DNA from: Aplysia californica
Taxonomy: Eukaryota
Length of the DNA: 64,000 bases
Direction of reading: 5' to 3'
NCBI RefSeq assembly: GCF_000002075.1
Contig: NW_004797360.1
Span: forward strand, 67,790 to 131,789
Part shown: positions 48,101-61,700 of the stretch, piece by piece
Position numbering within the stretch: position 1 is the first letter of the stretch
How the letters are laid out: every line of letters starts with the position of its first letter
The notes under the pieces: model-generated
What the model saw: the letters and a program-made list of their open reading frames with translations, nothing else
Told to the model about the DNA's origin: nothing
Databases searched by the model: none
Position numbers and translations under genes: made by a program

Positions 48101-51100
48101 CCTTGTATTATGCAACGTGCAGAAGTAAAAAATGTAACAAAAGTCCAGGAACACAACACGCAAGGAATCAAAAGGGGTAAACGTTTTTAAATTATGAATG
48201 GAGCAAGGGAACAATAGACCTAAGGATAAAGGGAATCAGTGCGTTTGAACTCCCCTCTTTAATCAATTAAAAACATTTATTAACACGCTGCAATAAAGTC
48301 TCGCGTCATTCATTGAAACACATCCACATCAATACACGAGTGTGAAATAATTTTTCAGCCTTTTTGGATACCAAAGCAAAGGGTGATTCCCATATAATCA
48401 AGCCTGTCGACTATTAATACATGAAACATACCAATTTGACACGATAGTCTCAAAGTCAAGCCACCAGTTTCTATAGGTGATGGTACTTTGATAGATTCCA
48501 GCATGGTTGGAATGCCATCTCTGTCTGGTTTCAACTTGATCACCTCCTGTAAAGATTAATATTTTTTGACAAGTTAGAGATAAACATTAAGCATGTGTTC
48601 CTTACCTTACTCAAAAATTATCTTCGATCAGAGGTTTAAGCCTGTCATGAGCCGTTTGGTTGGGTAAAAAGAAGCACATCGATACAGCAATGCAGTCATT
48701 TGGTGAAGGGTACTTCACATAAAAGTTTTCAACAATAATAATAAAAAAGGCACTGTCACAAAATAGCATTAAAGAACAAAAGAAAAGGTAACGCATTTTT
48801 ATTTTCATCTTCGCTTTTCCCCGTGAAAGTCTTAAAGGTAAATAGCTACTGTATAAGCAGAGCAGTGAAACCAACTTTTGAACACTGTTCCTATTTTCAT
48901 TGGAGAACTTAACTTTCAGGAACCACGCCACATTCACAGTGTGAAACGAATAAGAAAAAAACACAATAACATTCCGCATTCAAGTTTCTTCTTTTATAAA
49001 TAAGTTCACCTAGACAAACGCTGTCGTTCCTTCGATCCTTCGATTATGGTATAATCGAGCACGAGAAAGACAAGCAAATTAAATGCACTTAAAGTAGACC
49101 ATAGACATGATCTCAGATCGTGGATGTCGTGGCCGCCGCGTGTCACTATTTATTTTCTTTTTTTTTAAATGTCTGCACTGATGCTCACCATGGGCGCCCA
49201 AATGAAGAGTAAAATACCAGTCTAACTATAGTCAAGTGCAAGCGCAACCTCCATCAGTTAAGTGCGCGCACAACCTTCTTTCCTCGCCCTTCATTTTGTT
49301 CACAAAAAAGTCAAATGGAATGCTCCACAGTCAATCGGAATTACGTGGAAGTGCACTGTCTAGGACACTAAGTTTAAAGGTACAAGTCTTTGGATCTGAC
49401 TTTAGCTCGTCCTTCGCCTTAGAATCTCTCTTTAACGCACTTTCCTGTCTGGCGGACAATGTGACCTGTTATCAAAATGGCCTTTTTTAAGTCAAGAAGG
49501 TTTTCAGAATCAACGAAAACGAAAGTTGAAGACCCTATTCCCATTCACCTGATCGCAGAGCTCGAAAGTTTGGCGCACTGACGGGATATTCATCAAATCC
49601 TTACTAGGGCTCCATGGGGAAGAAATCATATCAGTGAAGACAACGCAAACTGGGGTGACTACCGGGTCCATGCTTGAGACATCAAAGTACTGCAATGAGC
49701 CTGAAAATTTGTGAAATGATGAAATGGTTTAAGTTACCGTCCCTATCATTAGGTTATTTAAGAAGCGGGACCCCCAAGTTTAACATCTGTCTCCGAAAGG
49801 ACAGAGCCAAAAGATTTGATTGATTGAGTAGGTGTTTTACGGCACTATCGACCCAATTCCGGTCATCTAAGTGCCAACAGGTTTCACCGTAACAAATCTA
49901 GGATCAGTCGCGTTTCAGCAAATGGAAAATTCGTGTAAAGTGTCTTTCCCAAGAACACAATGTTGGACTGAACTGAGGCTCGAACCCCTGAACCCACAAT
50001 CTCACGATTACCGATCTGGTAGCCTAGTCACTAGACGATTTTCGCCGATTGAAAATAATGTATCTACGTGTACATTTATTATCTGAAGCAGTACTAATAC
50101 TTCGCATTAAGTACGTGCAGCTTACTATCAGTAACAAACAACGCAGTTACAAACTTTCATTTATACTTCGCATTACTTATGTGTAAAAGGCGTTTACAAT
50201 CTTTCACTTTTATTTACTTTTTTCAGCAAAACGTCTCACGTTCCGCGTCGTCTGAATCAGAGGTGCCGATTTTTCAGCGAGCTAAGTTAAAAAGTACAGA
50301 TCAGTGCCTTATCCTAAACCATCAATAATTTACTTTTGAGGAACCAACTCTCTATGTTTAGTTGCTGCTTTTGCCTCTTTCTTTTTTTTTTCTTTCTATT
50401 CATTTTCCTTTCTATGTTTATAAATCCCGTAAAGGAGAAAATCGTTATATCGCCAGGTGATGAATACAGATCAGTTCGTCACCCGTACTCCTAATAGACT
50501 GATTGTGGACAACATTCCAGGAAACATTTTTTTTAGGTGTTCAATAACTCGGTGTGAACAATAGTATATTATTGACTCTAGGCTGTATAAGCACGCATGT
50601 CTAAAGACTGTTTCTCCAAAAGAAAATTGTCGTGGGGTTAGTTTTGATAACGTTCGAAGTCTACAGTTTTGATCCTGTTCTGATTTTCAAAAGTCCGGGT
50701 TAAAAAATCGCTGCAGAAGGCCTGAATCAGACGGTATGTTTTTCCTAGATTAACTGTTAAGGGGGGGAAATAAAGGAATTGCTTCACACAGTCAAGTTTC
50801 TTTTCTAATTTATAGAGACAAAAGAACTCATTAAAAGGCACTTAAAAGTAGCATCTCATATGAGAATATACAGTGCACAATCGGACATGTAATTTAAAAG
50901 AATGCATGGGCGGAGCCCATGACAAATGCCCGGGACCTGTGCCAAAAGGACAACGCAGCGAAAGAGGGAGACAGCATACAGGGCCAAAAAGGGCAAAAAC
51001 GCACAGAAATAATCCTCTTTGAATTCAAGCACCTGGCAAAGACATGTCACAATCTGGTGCAAAAGTTGAATAGTGAAAAACAACCCCTTGCATTATGTTT

Positions 51101-54100
51101 TAAAATCCTTTCAACAACAAAATACTTGAACTTTTGACTGAGTTACCTTTGTCAGAGTTGACAATGAAAAAACTCCTTTCCCACATAGCATTCCCTTTAC
51201 TGAGTTCAGAGTTGAGAAAGAACCTGTAAAAGCTTGGATCTCCCATGTGTCTGAGTATGTCTATTGCTGCGTCTTGGAAATTCGCATACGGCTGCAAGGT
51301 CAGTGGAATCAACATAGGACCTGGGACAAAGAAAAACAACATGTGTAGTCATACATAATCATAACTCAGGAAACTTTTTGAGGAAACAATCACAGTAAAA
51401 ACAAGAGACACAACAGAACAGCCCAGTAGAGATACAGGTTTTTAATAGGGGAACAGTTATTTTTAAGGCAGCGAATGTATTTGTTGTGTTTGTGTACTGT
51501 CTACGTTTAATGATCGTACAGCACTCAGAGCGTGTTTCTAACATAATAGAACGCTATAAAAATGCTATATAATATATTATTATCATTATCGTTTTTACTA
51601 TCATTATCATTCTTTTATTATTACTTACAATCCGCTATCTGGGTCACTGTGTCGGGACATCTGCGGAGGACGGCATGACCACCGAGGCCCCCAAAGCCAA
51701 ATGAGCTCACTGCCATGAGTCCATTAGGATCTAATGGAGTAAAGAGAAAAACATCGACATGAGTAACGGTCATTTAATGCATTGGGGAAAGAAATATACA
51801 AAGACAGATATTACTATAGCCGAGGGAAAGGGAAAAAATATGACCGTCCATTGATGTCCTCTTCTCCTCCCCCACCCCCTCTCTCCCTTAAACCGTCATC
51901 AAGGATCTGTGCATGAGAAATGCGGGCTGACAACAATACCTCCCCACTTCCCCCAGTCCAAAGCACATGTGACGCACTGGAGAAGCCGACATGTAATTGC
52001 GAGTGTTTTACGCTCTCATCGACGTCCTGTAGATCATTTGGGAGGCACGCTGCTTTAACCTTGCCTGTCAGAGCTCACCCAGGCTGAGTGATAAAACGTT
52101 CCCCAGACGAACGGAGACGTTCGATAAAAAGCTTCCTCCCCACATGAGAGAGGAGAGAGATCAGGATATGATTGTTTGTTTGAGTAAAGAGAAGCACATC
52201 AACACAATAATGGTCATTTAGTGATGGGGGAAAGCAAGACAAACAGACAGAAACAACAGAGGTAAAGTCAAGAAGCAGGACCTACCTGTGGCGCCCTCCA
52301 ACCACCAGCTCACAATCAGAGTCACGCACACTCTCATGGAGCCTCTTCCAACACTTANNNNNNNNNNNNNNNNNNNNNNNNNNNNNNNNNNNNNNNNNNN
52401 NNNNNNNNNNNNNNNNNNNNNNNNNNNNNNNNNNNNNNNNNNNNNNNNNNNNNNNNNNNNNNNNNNNNNNNNNNNNNNNNNNNNNNNNNNNNNNNNNNNN
52501 NNNNNNNNNNNNGTGAGTAAGTCCGCTGAAAAGAGTGAGTGAGAGAGAGTGAGAGAGAGAGTGAGAGAGAGAGAGGGAGATGGGGAGAGAGAGGGGGAGA
52601 AAGAGTATAAGTACAGAGGAGCACGTTTAAACTAGAACAGCCAGTATGTGCAAGTAAAACGCAAGACACGCAGAATCAAAATAGGAGGGAAAGCAAAGAA
52701 GTATAAATTACCAGTGATACTCTTTGATCACCTGCTCATAGGTCCAGCTTTTAAATAGTCATACATAAGATTAAGGATATTGATGTAATTGAGTGTATCC
52801 ACAAGAATCATTTTAGATTCGTGCGACTCTTCAAAAGACATAATACGGTTTCAACAAATTCAAACAACATAATCAAGGACAAAAAAAAGAATAATTACTT
52901 TCAGGGACAGGAAAGTTTGAAGTAGGTATCACAATTCTCCCACTCTTAAGTGCATTACTGGCAGGGTTGGGCACTTGAAAGTTGACGCAGTTGTAGATGA
53001 TCTTCGTTTGAAAAGATATGATGCATTTCACAATGCTGGCCAGACCTGAGGATAATGCGATTTTTATTTTTTTATTTTTTTTAACCCATGAGTCTACACT
53101 CAGGTTGAAATAAAAGACAACCAAAACTTATTAACAATCAAATAGATAAATCAAACAAATAAATCACAGAACACATGACAAAACTAACCATGGAAACTGT
53201 AAGGAAAAAACAAAGAATTTCTTGTCATCAGCTTGTGGTGTAATAAAACTGTCGTGTAAGAATACGACTTAAGCACATTAAAAAAAATAGTTTGCATTGC
53301 AACCTGGCGCAATTGCATGTCAATCGTAATTTATAATGTGTTGCACAGTCAGATTCCATAAGCCTTCCAGTGATTTGTGTTAACAGCAACTACAACAATA
53401 GCATTTGGAATCTAACATGAGGTGATCAGTATCATCTGCAAAGTTAACTGGTAAGAACTTTTATTGAAACTCTTGACCTTTCTAAAAATGTAATAAGCCC
53501 CAAAAGAAGAAAAAAAGGGGCATGGGATGTACAGTGGCATATTATACCAGTCCTTACCAATGAGACTTCGATAATCACTTATTATAGTAGAGTTTTGGGT
53601 CAAACTGCTAAAATTGAATGAGTCAATTTTATATCTCACAGCAATGTACTAAGCATAATAATACTTTAAAACCGTGATATAGCGAATGGGTACTGGCCAC
53701 TTCTAGGCATTGTACGTCTATTCTTAGTCCGGTGAAGTAGGAGAAACACACGTCAATAAATGGAATTTGTTTGTTTTAGAAGAGGTTTTGTGGCGCTCGC
53801 AACTGCAAACGGTCATATGAGCGCCAAGGGGAGGATGTCAACAGAGAAGTCCTTACAGGGAATCAGACTTACTCTGCTCACCTCTCTAGCTGCAACAGCA
53901 CAAAGACTGCTTCGACTATAAAGGCACCCCGGAAATAGCGGGTCACAAGAGTGTGACAAACATACAAACGAAGTAGAGGAAAATGACGATAGTAAGGATT
54001 AGGAAAGAAAAGGCAGCAGTTCTCTGTTGTAGTTAAGGCACAGGTATGAGCATGACATTGTTGGATCAGCCCATTTACAATTCTACTATGCATTAGCACG

Positions 54101-57100
54101 AGAAATGCCCCCCCCCCCCCTTTTTCGGGAACGGCTTAAAGACACTTCAGTCTGTGGCACCGCCCCGGGAGGAGGGGGGGGGGGTTAATTAAATGGAAAA
54201 GGAGCTAACCATAAAATAATTCATGATCTGCAGGAATATGGAAAAGAAGAACACAGTCAGTTTGAGTTCCCTCATGCTCCGACTAAAAAGTTAACGAAAA
54301 CCTTTCCTGGAAAATACCGTCTTTTATAAACAGAGACCACCAGGCAACAACAACTGAGAGTTATCTGCTGTTCTTCTGACCTGAGGTAGCCTCTGTGTGC
54401 CCAATGTTTCCTTTCACAGAGCTCACAATGAGAGGGTCTCTTCTCCTTGAGCATATTACGGCATCAATTGCTTTCAATTCAGCTTCATCGTCTTTCTGTG
54501 GGGAAAGTGATAGACTCAGCAAACACTAGAGCACATCATGAGGTAATGTCAAATTTTAGTTTAGTTTTAGTAGAGGTTTTACGGCGTTCGCGACTGCATA
54601 AGGTCATATGAGCGCCAGAACATTAGAGGTGTTACAAGAGAGTAACAAACATAAAAAAGAAAAAGGGGAGATAAGGACGATAGATGTTTCATAGGAAAGA
54701 AGAAGCAAACCACACCAGAGCACCCGCCAACCATCCACGTGATAGCAACTTTGGAACAGGAGAAAGCACCATAACAAACAGAGAAATAACATGGGTGTAG
54801 GGGTGGAAGCACATGCAGAAGTGGTCAATGTTAGCTTAAATAGATATTATACATTGAGTGTATGTATATATATAACAACAGCAAATCCCAGCGAGTCTGC
54901 ATAATACACCCACGCTGTGTCACTCACAAGTAACAGATAAAAACAATTTTTAGAAACAGAAAAGAAGGAGATAAAATAAAACAATTAGCCTTGTGTTTCA
55001 AAATGTAAAGTGAAGGATGACTTGTAGAAATTCAATTATCTCATCATCATCCTAGAGCACTGATCGGTTGTTGTTTTGTTTATTTTAAATTAGTTTTAGT
55101 AAGAGGTTTGCGGAACTTGCAACACAATAAGGTCATACAAGTGCCGAAGATTAGAGGTGTTACAGGAGTGTAACATACATAAAAAGGGAGGAGGAGAGAG
55201 AAGGGCGATAGATGTTTGATAGGAAAGAATGAGCAAACCACACCAGAACACCCGCCAACCAACCACGAGCATTGATCTGATTGTCAATGTTGTCATTTCA
55301 TATAGGAGTCCGTTATAATTTTAATGATGGTATAACCACAGGTTGTAATTTGCTAGTTATTTCTAAAGGGTGTATTCTCATAATGTTTGCCTCCAGTCTA
55401 TAATAATAAATTATACCAAGTGAAAATCAACGAAGGGTTGTCTATGGCCAAACTGGGGCCGTTTTCATAAGGACAAACAAGAGAATCAAAATACCGTTTT
55501 ATTGATCCCCGCATGGCAATTGTGGTTACAACGATCAACACAATGCATTTATAATGATACGCAATGTTATATGACACCATTACATGTGATGTAAAGAGCA
55601 TGTCATAATTATGTGGTCGCTGCTGTACAGTGCCCTGCATTTGTTTTTGTATTTTTTAGCTAAGGTCATCGTGTTCTGCTCTCAAGGACACATTTCATTG
55701 ACCATTCACCAAACTGTCGTGTAACTGATTTTGCTAGATTTTTTTTATTAACCTGAGCCATTGACCCATCATCCTGTGATTTAAAGTCTCGAACCAAAAG
55801 AAAAAAGAAAGTATTGTCACCAAAATGCCATATTTTTTAACATACCAAATACAGTATAATAAAGTGGTATCAGCAAGGCAACACTTTATGCGTAGAATAA
55901 ACTTAGGAAGTGGCCTAAAGCAAGAATACAAACTACGTTGTCTCCTCTTTGACATTATCGCTTACTTGGAAATCAAACTGACATGTAATTCAAATTTGTA
56001 TTTTCGCAGCGACCTGTGTTTTTTGGCATTGTGTAGAAGGACGATAATACCTTCTGGGAAGACTTTTTGTCTCCTTTTTCTTTCTTAGTTCAGAAGCTAC
56101 AAACTCGAATGCCAAACTGTTTTTAAACATTTTGTTTTTCGAAACAACGGTATTTTGTTAACGACATCTAAAGGAAATCATCACTCTGTGTGATGTCAGT
56201 CACCTAGTGGTTATAGGATGTTGGGCTCGCAATTGAAAGATCAGGGGTTCGAACCCCCGTCAAGGGCTAGACGTCGTGTCCTTGGGAAAGGCACTTTACA
56301 CAAATTTCCATCACTTCAACTTGGGGGTAACGGGGACTCGGCTATAGATGGTAAAAGATCTTTATCAGGTTGGGGTTTTTTCGTCTTTAAGTGCTTTATC
56401 AGCCACTTGTATACTTTCCGGAAGCTGAAAATGTATCTCAATATTCCAGGTTTAGCCGGGGTACTAAAATCAGATTGTAAAGAACAAAGAGCATGTTGCT
56501 GAGCAGGGAGATGCGCTATGGAAATGCTATTCATTACTTGTCATTTTTTTCTCACCCCTCCCTCTCCTTTCCATCAAAAAGAATCCCCCCCCCCAAAAAA
56601 AAACCCCAAAAAAACCCAAAACAAATAATGTTAAAACACCAAACTAACATAAAAGCATACTAATTTTAACTCTACTGATTGGATAATTGAGCGATTCTTG
56701 CATAGTGTCAGTCTTCAAATAATGAGGTACGGGCCTGTCAAATGCTTTGTTATGAACCGAATTAGTTTTCAGCATACATTATTCTGATTCCCATAAGTTA
56801 CCCGGTTGCATGCACCATGCGCTTCGAAGCAAACGATATCTTTGACGTCGATATTGAACTCAGTGTAGACATCATTCAAGAGTCGTGACTGGAACTCGTA
56901 ACTTGGACGGACGATTCCTGAATGAAATTTTAAAAAAGCAGCTTTAGATAGTTTCGTTTCCGTAAGAGTTTTACGGCACATGCAACACAATTAGAGTATA
57001 TTATAAGTGCCGGAGATCAGAGCTGTAATTACAGAGTAGTATACTAAGAGTAGAAGAAGAAGAGCAGAAGGACGGCAGATGTTTGATAGAAAAAAGGAGC

Positions 57101-58724
57101 AAACCACGTCAGAGCACACGCCAACAACCTACAAAACCAGTTTTAAAACGTTCAAATTAGCAAATTACTAACATGCCCAAAAGTGTATGCCATGGATCAA
57201 TTTATTATAAAAATAAGACTTCTTTACTAATCTGCTGTTTATCTAGATTTTTTTTGTACCATGCACAGTGGCAACCATGTTAGTAACATTATCCTCAATG
57301 GATTTATTCATTTATTAATATAATCAGATGAAATTAGTTAGTTTTAGTTTTAGTTTTAGTAGAGGTTTTGCGGGGCTCGCAACTGTTTAAGGTCATAAGA
57401 GCGCCAGAAGATTAAAGGTGTTACAAGAGAGTAACAAACATAAAAAAGAAGGGGAAATAAGGACGATAGGTGTTTGATGGAAAAGAAGAAGCAAACCACA
57501 CCAAAGCACCCGCCAACCACGCACACAGAGGAAATTAAGTTTGTCCTTTTTTTTAGGACTTATGAGACTTGTCAAAGAGCAACACATTTTGTCACACATC
57601 GTTTGCTGCATTGCTAGGAATGCCTTGTAATTGTAGAAGCTCTACGCCCACATCGACACGATTCATTTGCTCGTTTAGTGCGCGGGCTGCTTAGAACTTT
57701 CCCATGAGGACCAACCTAGGCTGGGAGGTATACAGCGTCCCATCAGAAAGGTGGTAACACCCTGTAAAAATTCTGCCCACACCATAGATGCCTTTAAACA
57801 TGTCTTGAAATAAGGTGAGAGATCAAAAACAAGGATGTCTGGACTGTATATTACCTTTCAAAGCGCGATGCAAAATTATTTGCTTTGCTTTTTATGCAAA
57901 TGTCACGAGTTCGATTCCAGAGTGAGATAGGTTTTCTACTGCCTGGTGGGATATATATATATATATATATACATCTATGAGGAATGTCATACGGCTCACC
58001 TTTTTCTCTTGATCCCCCACACTGTAGGCCGAAACCAACTACATCACAGTAGCCCCTTGCAGGCAAAACACAATCACTTCTGTGGATGGTTAACAACCTG
58101 TAGTTTTATGTCAGTTAAGAAAAGCGGTCTATCAAGAACCTGGAATACAGATTACGCCTGCTGCAAACCAGATGAACACTAATGTAATAACGGAGCCGGC
58201 AGCCAAGCAGAAAACCATTTATTTACTACAAGCCTGACCAAGGCATGAAGCACTTAGAAAGGAATAATATTGGCAAAAATCCTAGGCAGAGAGACCCAGA
58301 GCTCTACATGAGCCTGGAGGACTTGCTGCGAACAGCACACTTTGCACTTCAGAACGAGATGCCCTGTAAAGATAAAGCAGAAGAAGCCAGATAACACACA
58401 TAGCTTAAGTATTGATCGAACATAAATATAACTATTACTGTACTTACGGTTTTAGTAAAAGAGCAACAATCCCATCAGAACGGACGTAACCGTTTGCCCT
58501 TTGGTCAAAAGGAGTACTCTGACCATCTGGACTCAGCAGCCTCGCCCTGGCAAGTCGCAAAGATACAACTGGATCCAGAATTAAGTTGGCACCTGCGAAT
58601 AAGAATCCACGGCATAGGTAACACAACGAAAAAAAAAGGAATTATTTTACATTGGCCTATGAACAAAGAATTTTTTTTTTCAAAACTTCACAAAGCCCCA
58701 TCATAAAAGCAAGACATCCCCCCT

Positions 58725-58782
<58 letters not shown>

Positions 58783-61700
58783 ACACACACACGCACAATA
58801 CAATTTGAGTGATACACTGGAAGAAGCTACGTGATAAGTCCCACATGCATGTTACTATTAATCAAGACGTCTTCTGTCGATTTCCTGCAGCTTTAACATT
58901 GCCCTCCCAAATGGGTTTTTTATGCTTGAAAAAAAAAAGGGGGGGGTATTCCGATGTGGTTAGTATTTTGGAAAGAAAAGTACACCTAATGATAAATTAC
59001 AATCTATATCAATATCTGTAATATTGAGAGCTTTACCTGCCACAATGGCCAGATCACATCTGTTGGTCCTAATGTCCAACAAAGCAGCATGGAGAGCAGC
59101 GAAGGATGAGGCACAGCCCCCGTCTATGTTCTGCACGGGGCCTTTCAGGTCGAATTTTTTTGCAACCCTGGAGCTCAGCTCACTGCCTGTGTTGACTGAT
59201 ATAATAAAAGAGAATTTTACAAATTAAAGTAATATTTTCTCCTCTTTTTTTAATTATAGGGGCATGTGTGTTCTACGCAACTTAAATAATTTGAGGGGCG
59301 AGCTGTTGCGACTCTGCCTGCCAATCCGGGCTGAGAGGGGTACATTATCTCTGCATTAAGACGAAGATACTTTGTTAAAAAAAAAAACAACCTCCCCATT
59401 AAGAAATTTAATTAAACTCGCCTCCTCTGTGCTGAACATTACGTTATTTCAACAACGGCTGAAGACACGCTGTTTTGGGGGGACTTAAATAACTTCTTCA
59501 CAAATACAAATTTTTCAATTCATGTTTTCTTAACTGATATTTTAAAGGTCAGTCGAAAGTTTGCCTACTATGAAATACACGAAACCATGTTTCTGATTTG
59601 TATGTTGTGGTTGGAAATGAGGCTGAATATTGCCTGTGGTCAGCCGCTGTAGCCACAGACATGTTATGTGTCCGGTACGCCATTAAATAAAGAGTTTGTT
59701 ACACTACAAACCTCGGTAAAACAATTTGTGAACACCGCCATTTTCTACGGGTTTGTTTGGTTTTTTTGCTTTGATGCTTTTGGTATTTGTTCTTCTAAAA
59801 ATTGTATTTGATTTTTTTCTATCTATTTCGAGAAGGGTGAGTGGTAGCCTGATCTTTAAAAAAGAAAACAACAAGCAGTTTGATTGTGCAACACTTTGCT
59901 TGGCTCCTGTGTGAAAAGTGACCCCCCATCCCCCTTCTGAAAAAAACAGCCCCACTTTCCTTTTGAAAAAGGTCGCTAAAACCGAAAAATGGAACTTACC
60001 TTACATTTGAACTTCAATAGTCCACCCTCTATTGCTAGACAAGGGTTTACATTCTGAGCTTTACAGTAGCAAGGATATAGGGGGGGAAACAGCCTGTTAA
60101 GTCACACGGGTCAAAACTCCGAACTAGTTTTGTTTTACCCTGCTCTTAATACGAACGACCCCCCATTAAAAAAACCGAAAACGAGCGAGTGTGTGGGTGT
60201 GTCGTCTTACTGCTTAGGTTCAGCCTTGTGCGACTCAGTCACGGAGTTTCTCATCCAGTAATAATACGTAATCCTATTCATTTAGACTACACGTAGTCTG
60301 ACAACTTAATGTATTATTGTAAGAGAGACGACCACGGTGCGCTGTACTTCTGTCGCCCATCTATATTACTGACGTTTACACTTTTTGCACTGCTGAGTTG
60401 GGAGTTGTTGGCGAAGATCTGAATAATAAAACCACAATTCGTTAATCATACTTTCCTACAGCATGTATCTAGCGGGGTTCCGGGTGTAGAAATTTTGAAT
60501 TGTGGTCTATCTTTGCACTTCCTCACCACTCAGAAACATTCTCGGCGTCCCAGGGAGCATACAGTGCAAGCTGCAGATTGCACGCACTCATTCACTAACA
60601 AATTGACAAGATATTTCGCTCTCTATTGCCGGACATCCATTTCACTTGGGTGAAGTTAGGGAAAACTCTCATAAAGTACCTTTATCAAGGACAAGACGTC
60701 GGGTCCCTGAAGGGATTCGAACCCACAACCTTACAATAATTGCGAGTTCAAAAGCTTACCCACTAGACCAACGACGCCATACTTACAACAAACTATTATA
60801 ATGGTTGCTAGGTAAAGAATATCATGGTACATGGCACTTGCACATAATAAAAACATCGCAAAGACAGTAAGTATGAAGTGAAGACGCGATACTTACAGTA
60901 TTCAGAAGGACTTGAGAAGGGTCCTGTTTTTATATAGTCGGTGTCACATTGGGTCATGCCCAAGTAAAATCCCGTTTTTCGATGAGAGACTTCGGCAAAT
61001 GTCAGTCCAGAGTCCATGATGCACTCAGCTACAACCTCCAGAAGCGGCCCGAGCATGTGATTGCTGCAGAAAGCCTGCAATATTGTTAGAAGCCAGGTTA
61101 CTTAAATAATTCATCAGCTTCACAATTATATACAGGCATAGCATGAGAAGCTCCTCTACTTTTCGTTACCTTCGCCAGAGACTTAATGCTAAAACGTGAC
61201 CAATGGAAACTCAAGACCGGTAATTTGAACTACGACAAAAAATGTACAACTTAGCCACCAAGTAGAGACAGTGCATTGAAAAAAATTTGAAGGACAATGG
61301 CTTAAGTACATTTTTTTAAACTTTTAACTTTGAATATTATACCTCAATGCTTATCAAACAAAGCACGGCGGGCGACTGAAGGGTGCTTTGATGTGATCTG
61401 CTTATTCTCTCCTCTCAAACATCTATCCTTGTCTTTTTGGTCGTCACTCTCTTGTGACACCTCTGATCATTGGCATCTATATGACATTGTGTTGCCATTG
61501 CCGTAAAACTCTTGTTTAAACTAAAACAAAACAAAGCATCTTTTGGAAAGAATCTTAGCACTGTTGTCTGTTTCAAGTAATGGTTGATGCCGGGTTTTTA
61601 AAAAAAGAGGACCTATTTAGAAAGCACTAACTCCGTCATCATTCGACCGATTTCGTAGAAACTTTGAAGAAATGAAATTCAACCGGGGATATATTACATT

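Noticed and set aside
49330-49465. Open acceptor-led segment VTLSARQESALKRD... in the FAS-like intron 12
   Set aside because: Exons 12 and 13 already join in phase 0; this segment exits in phase 1 or hits a stop and has no homology
52286-52357. Exon-like minus-strand sequence ending in a GTAGGT donor next to a gap
   Set aside because: KS exons 9 and 10 join seamlessly; the upstream part is hidden in Ns and no KS similarity is visible
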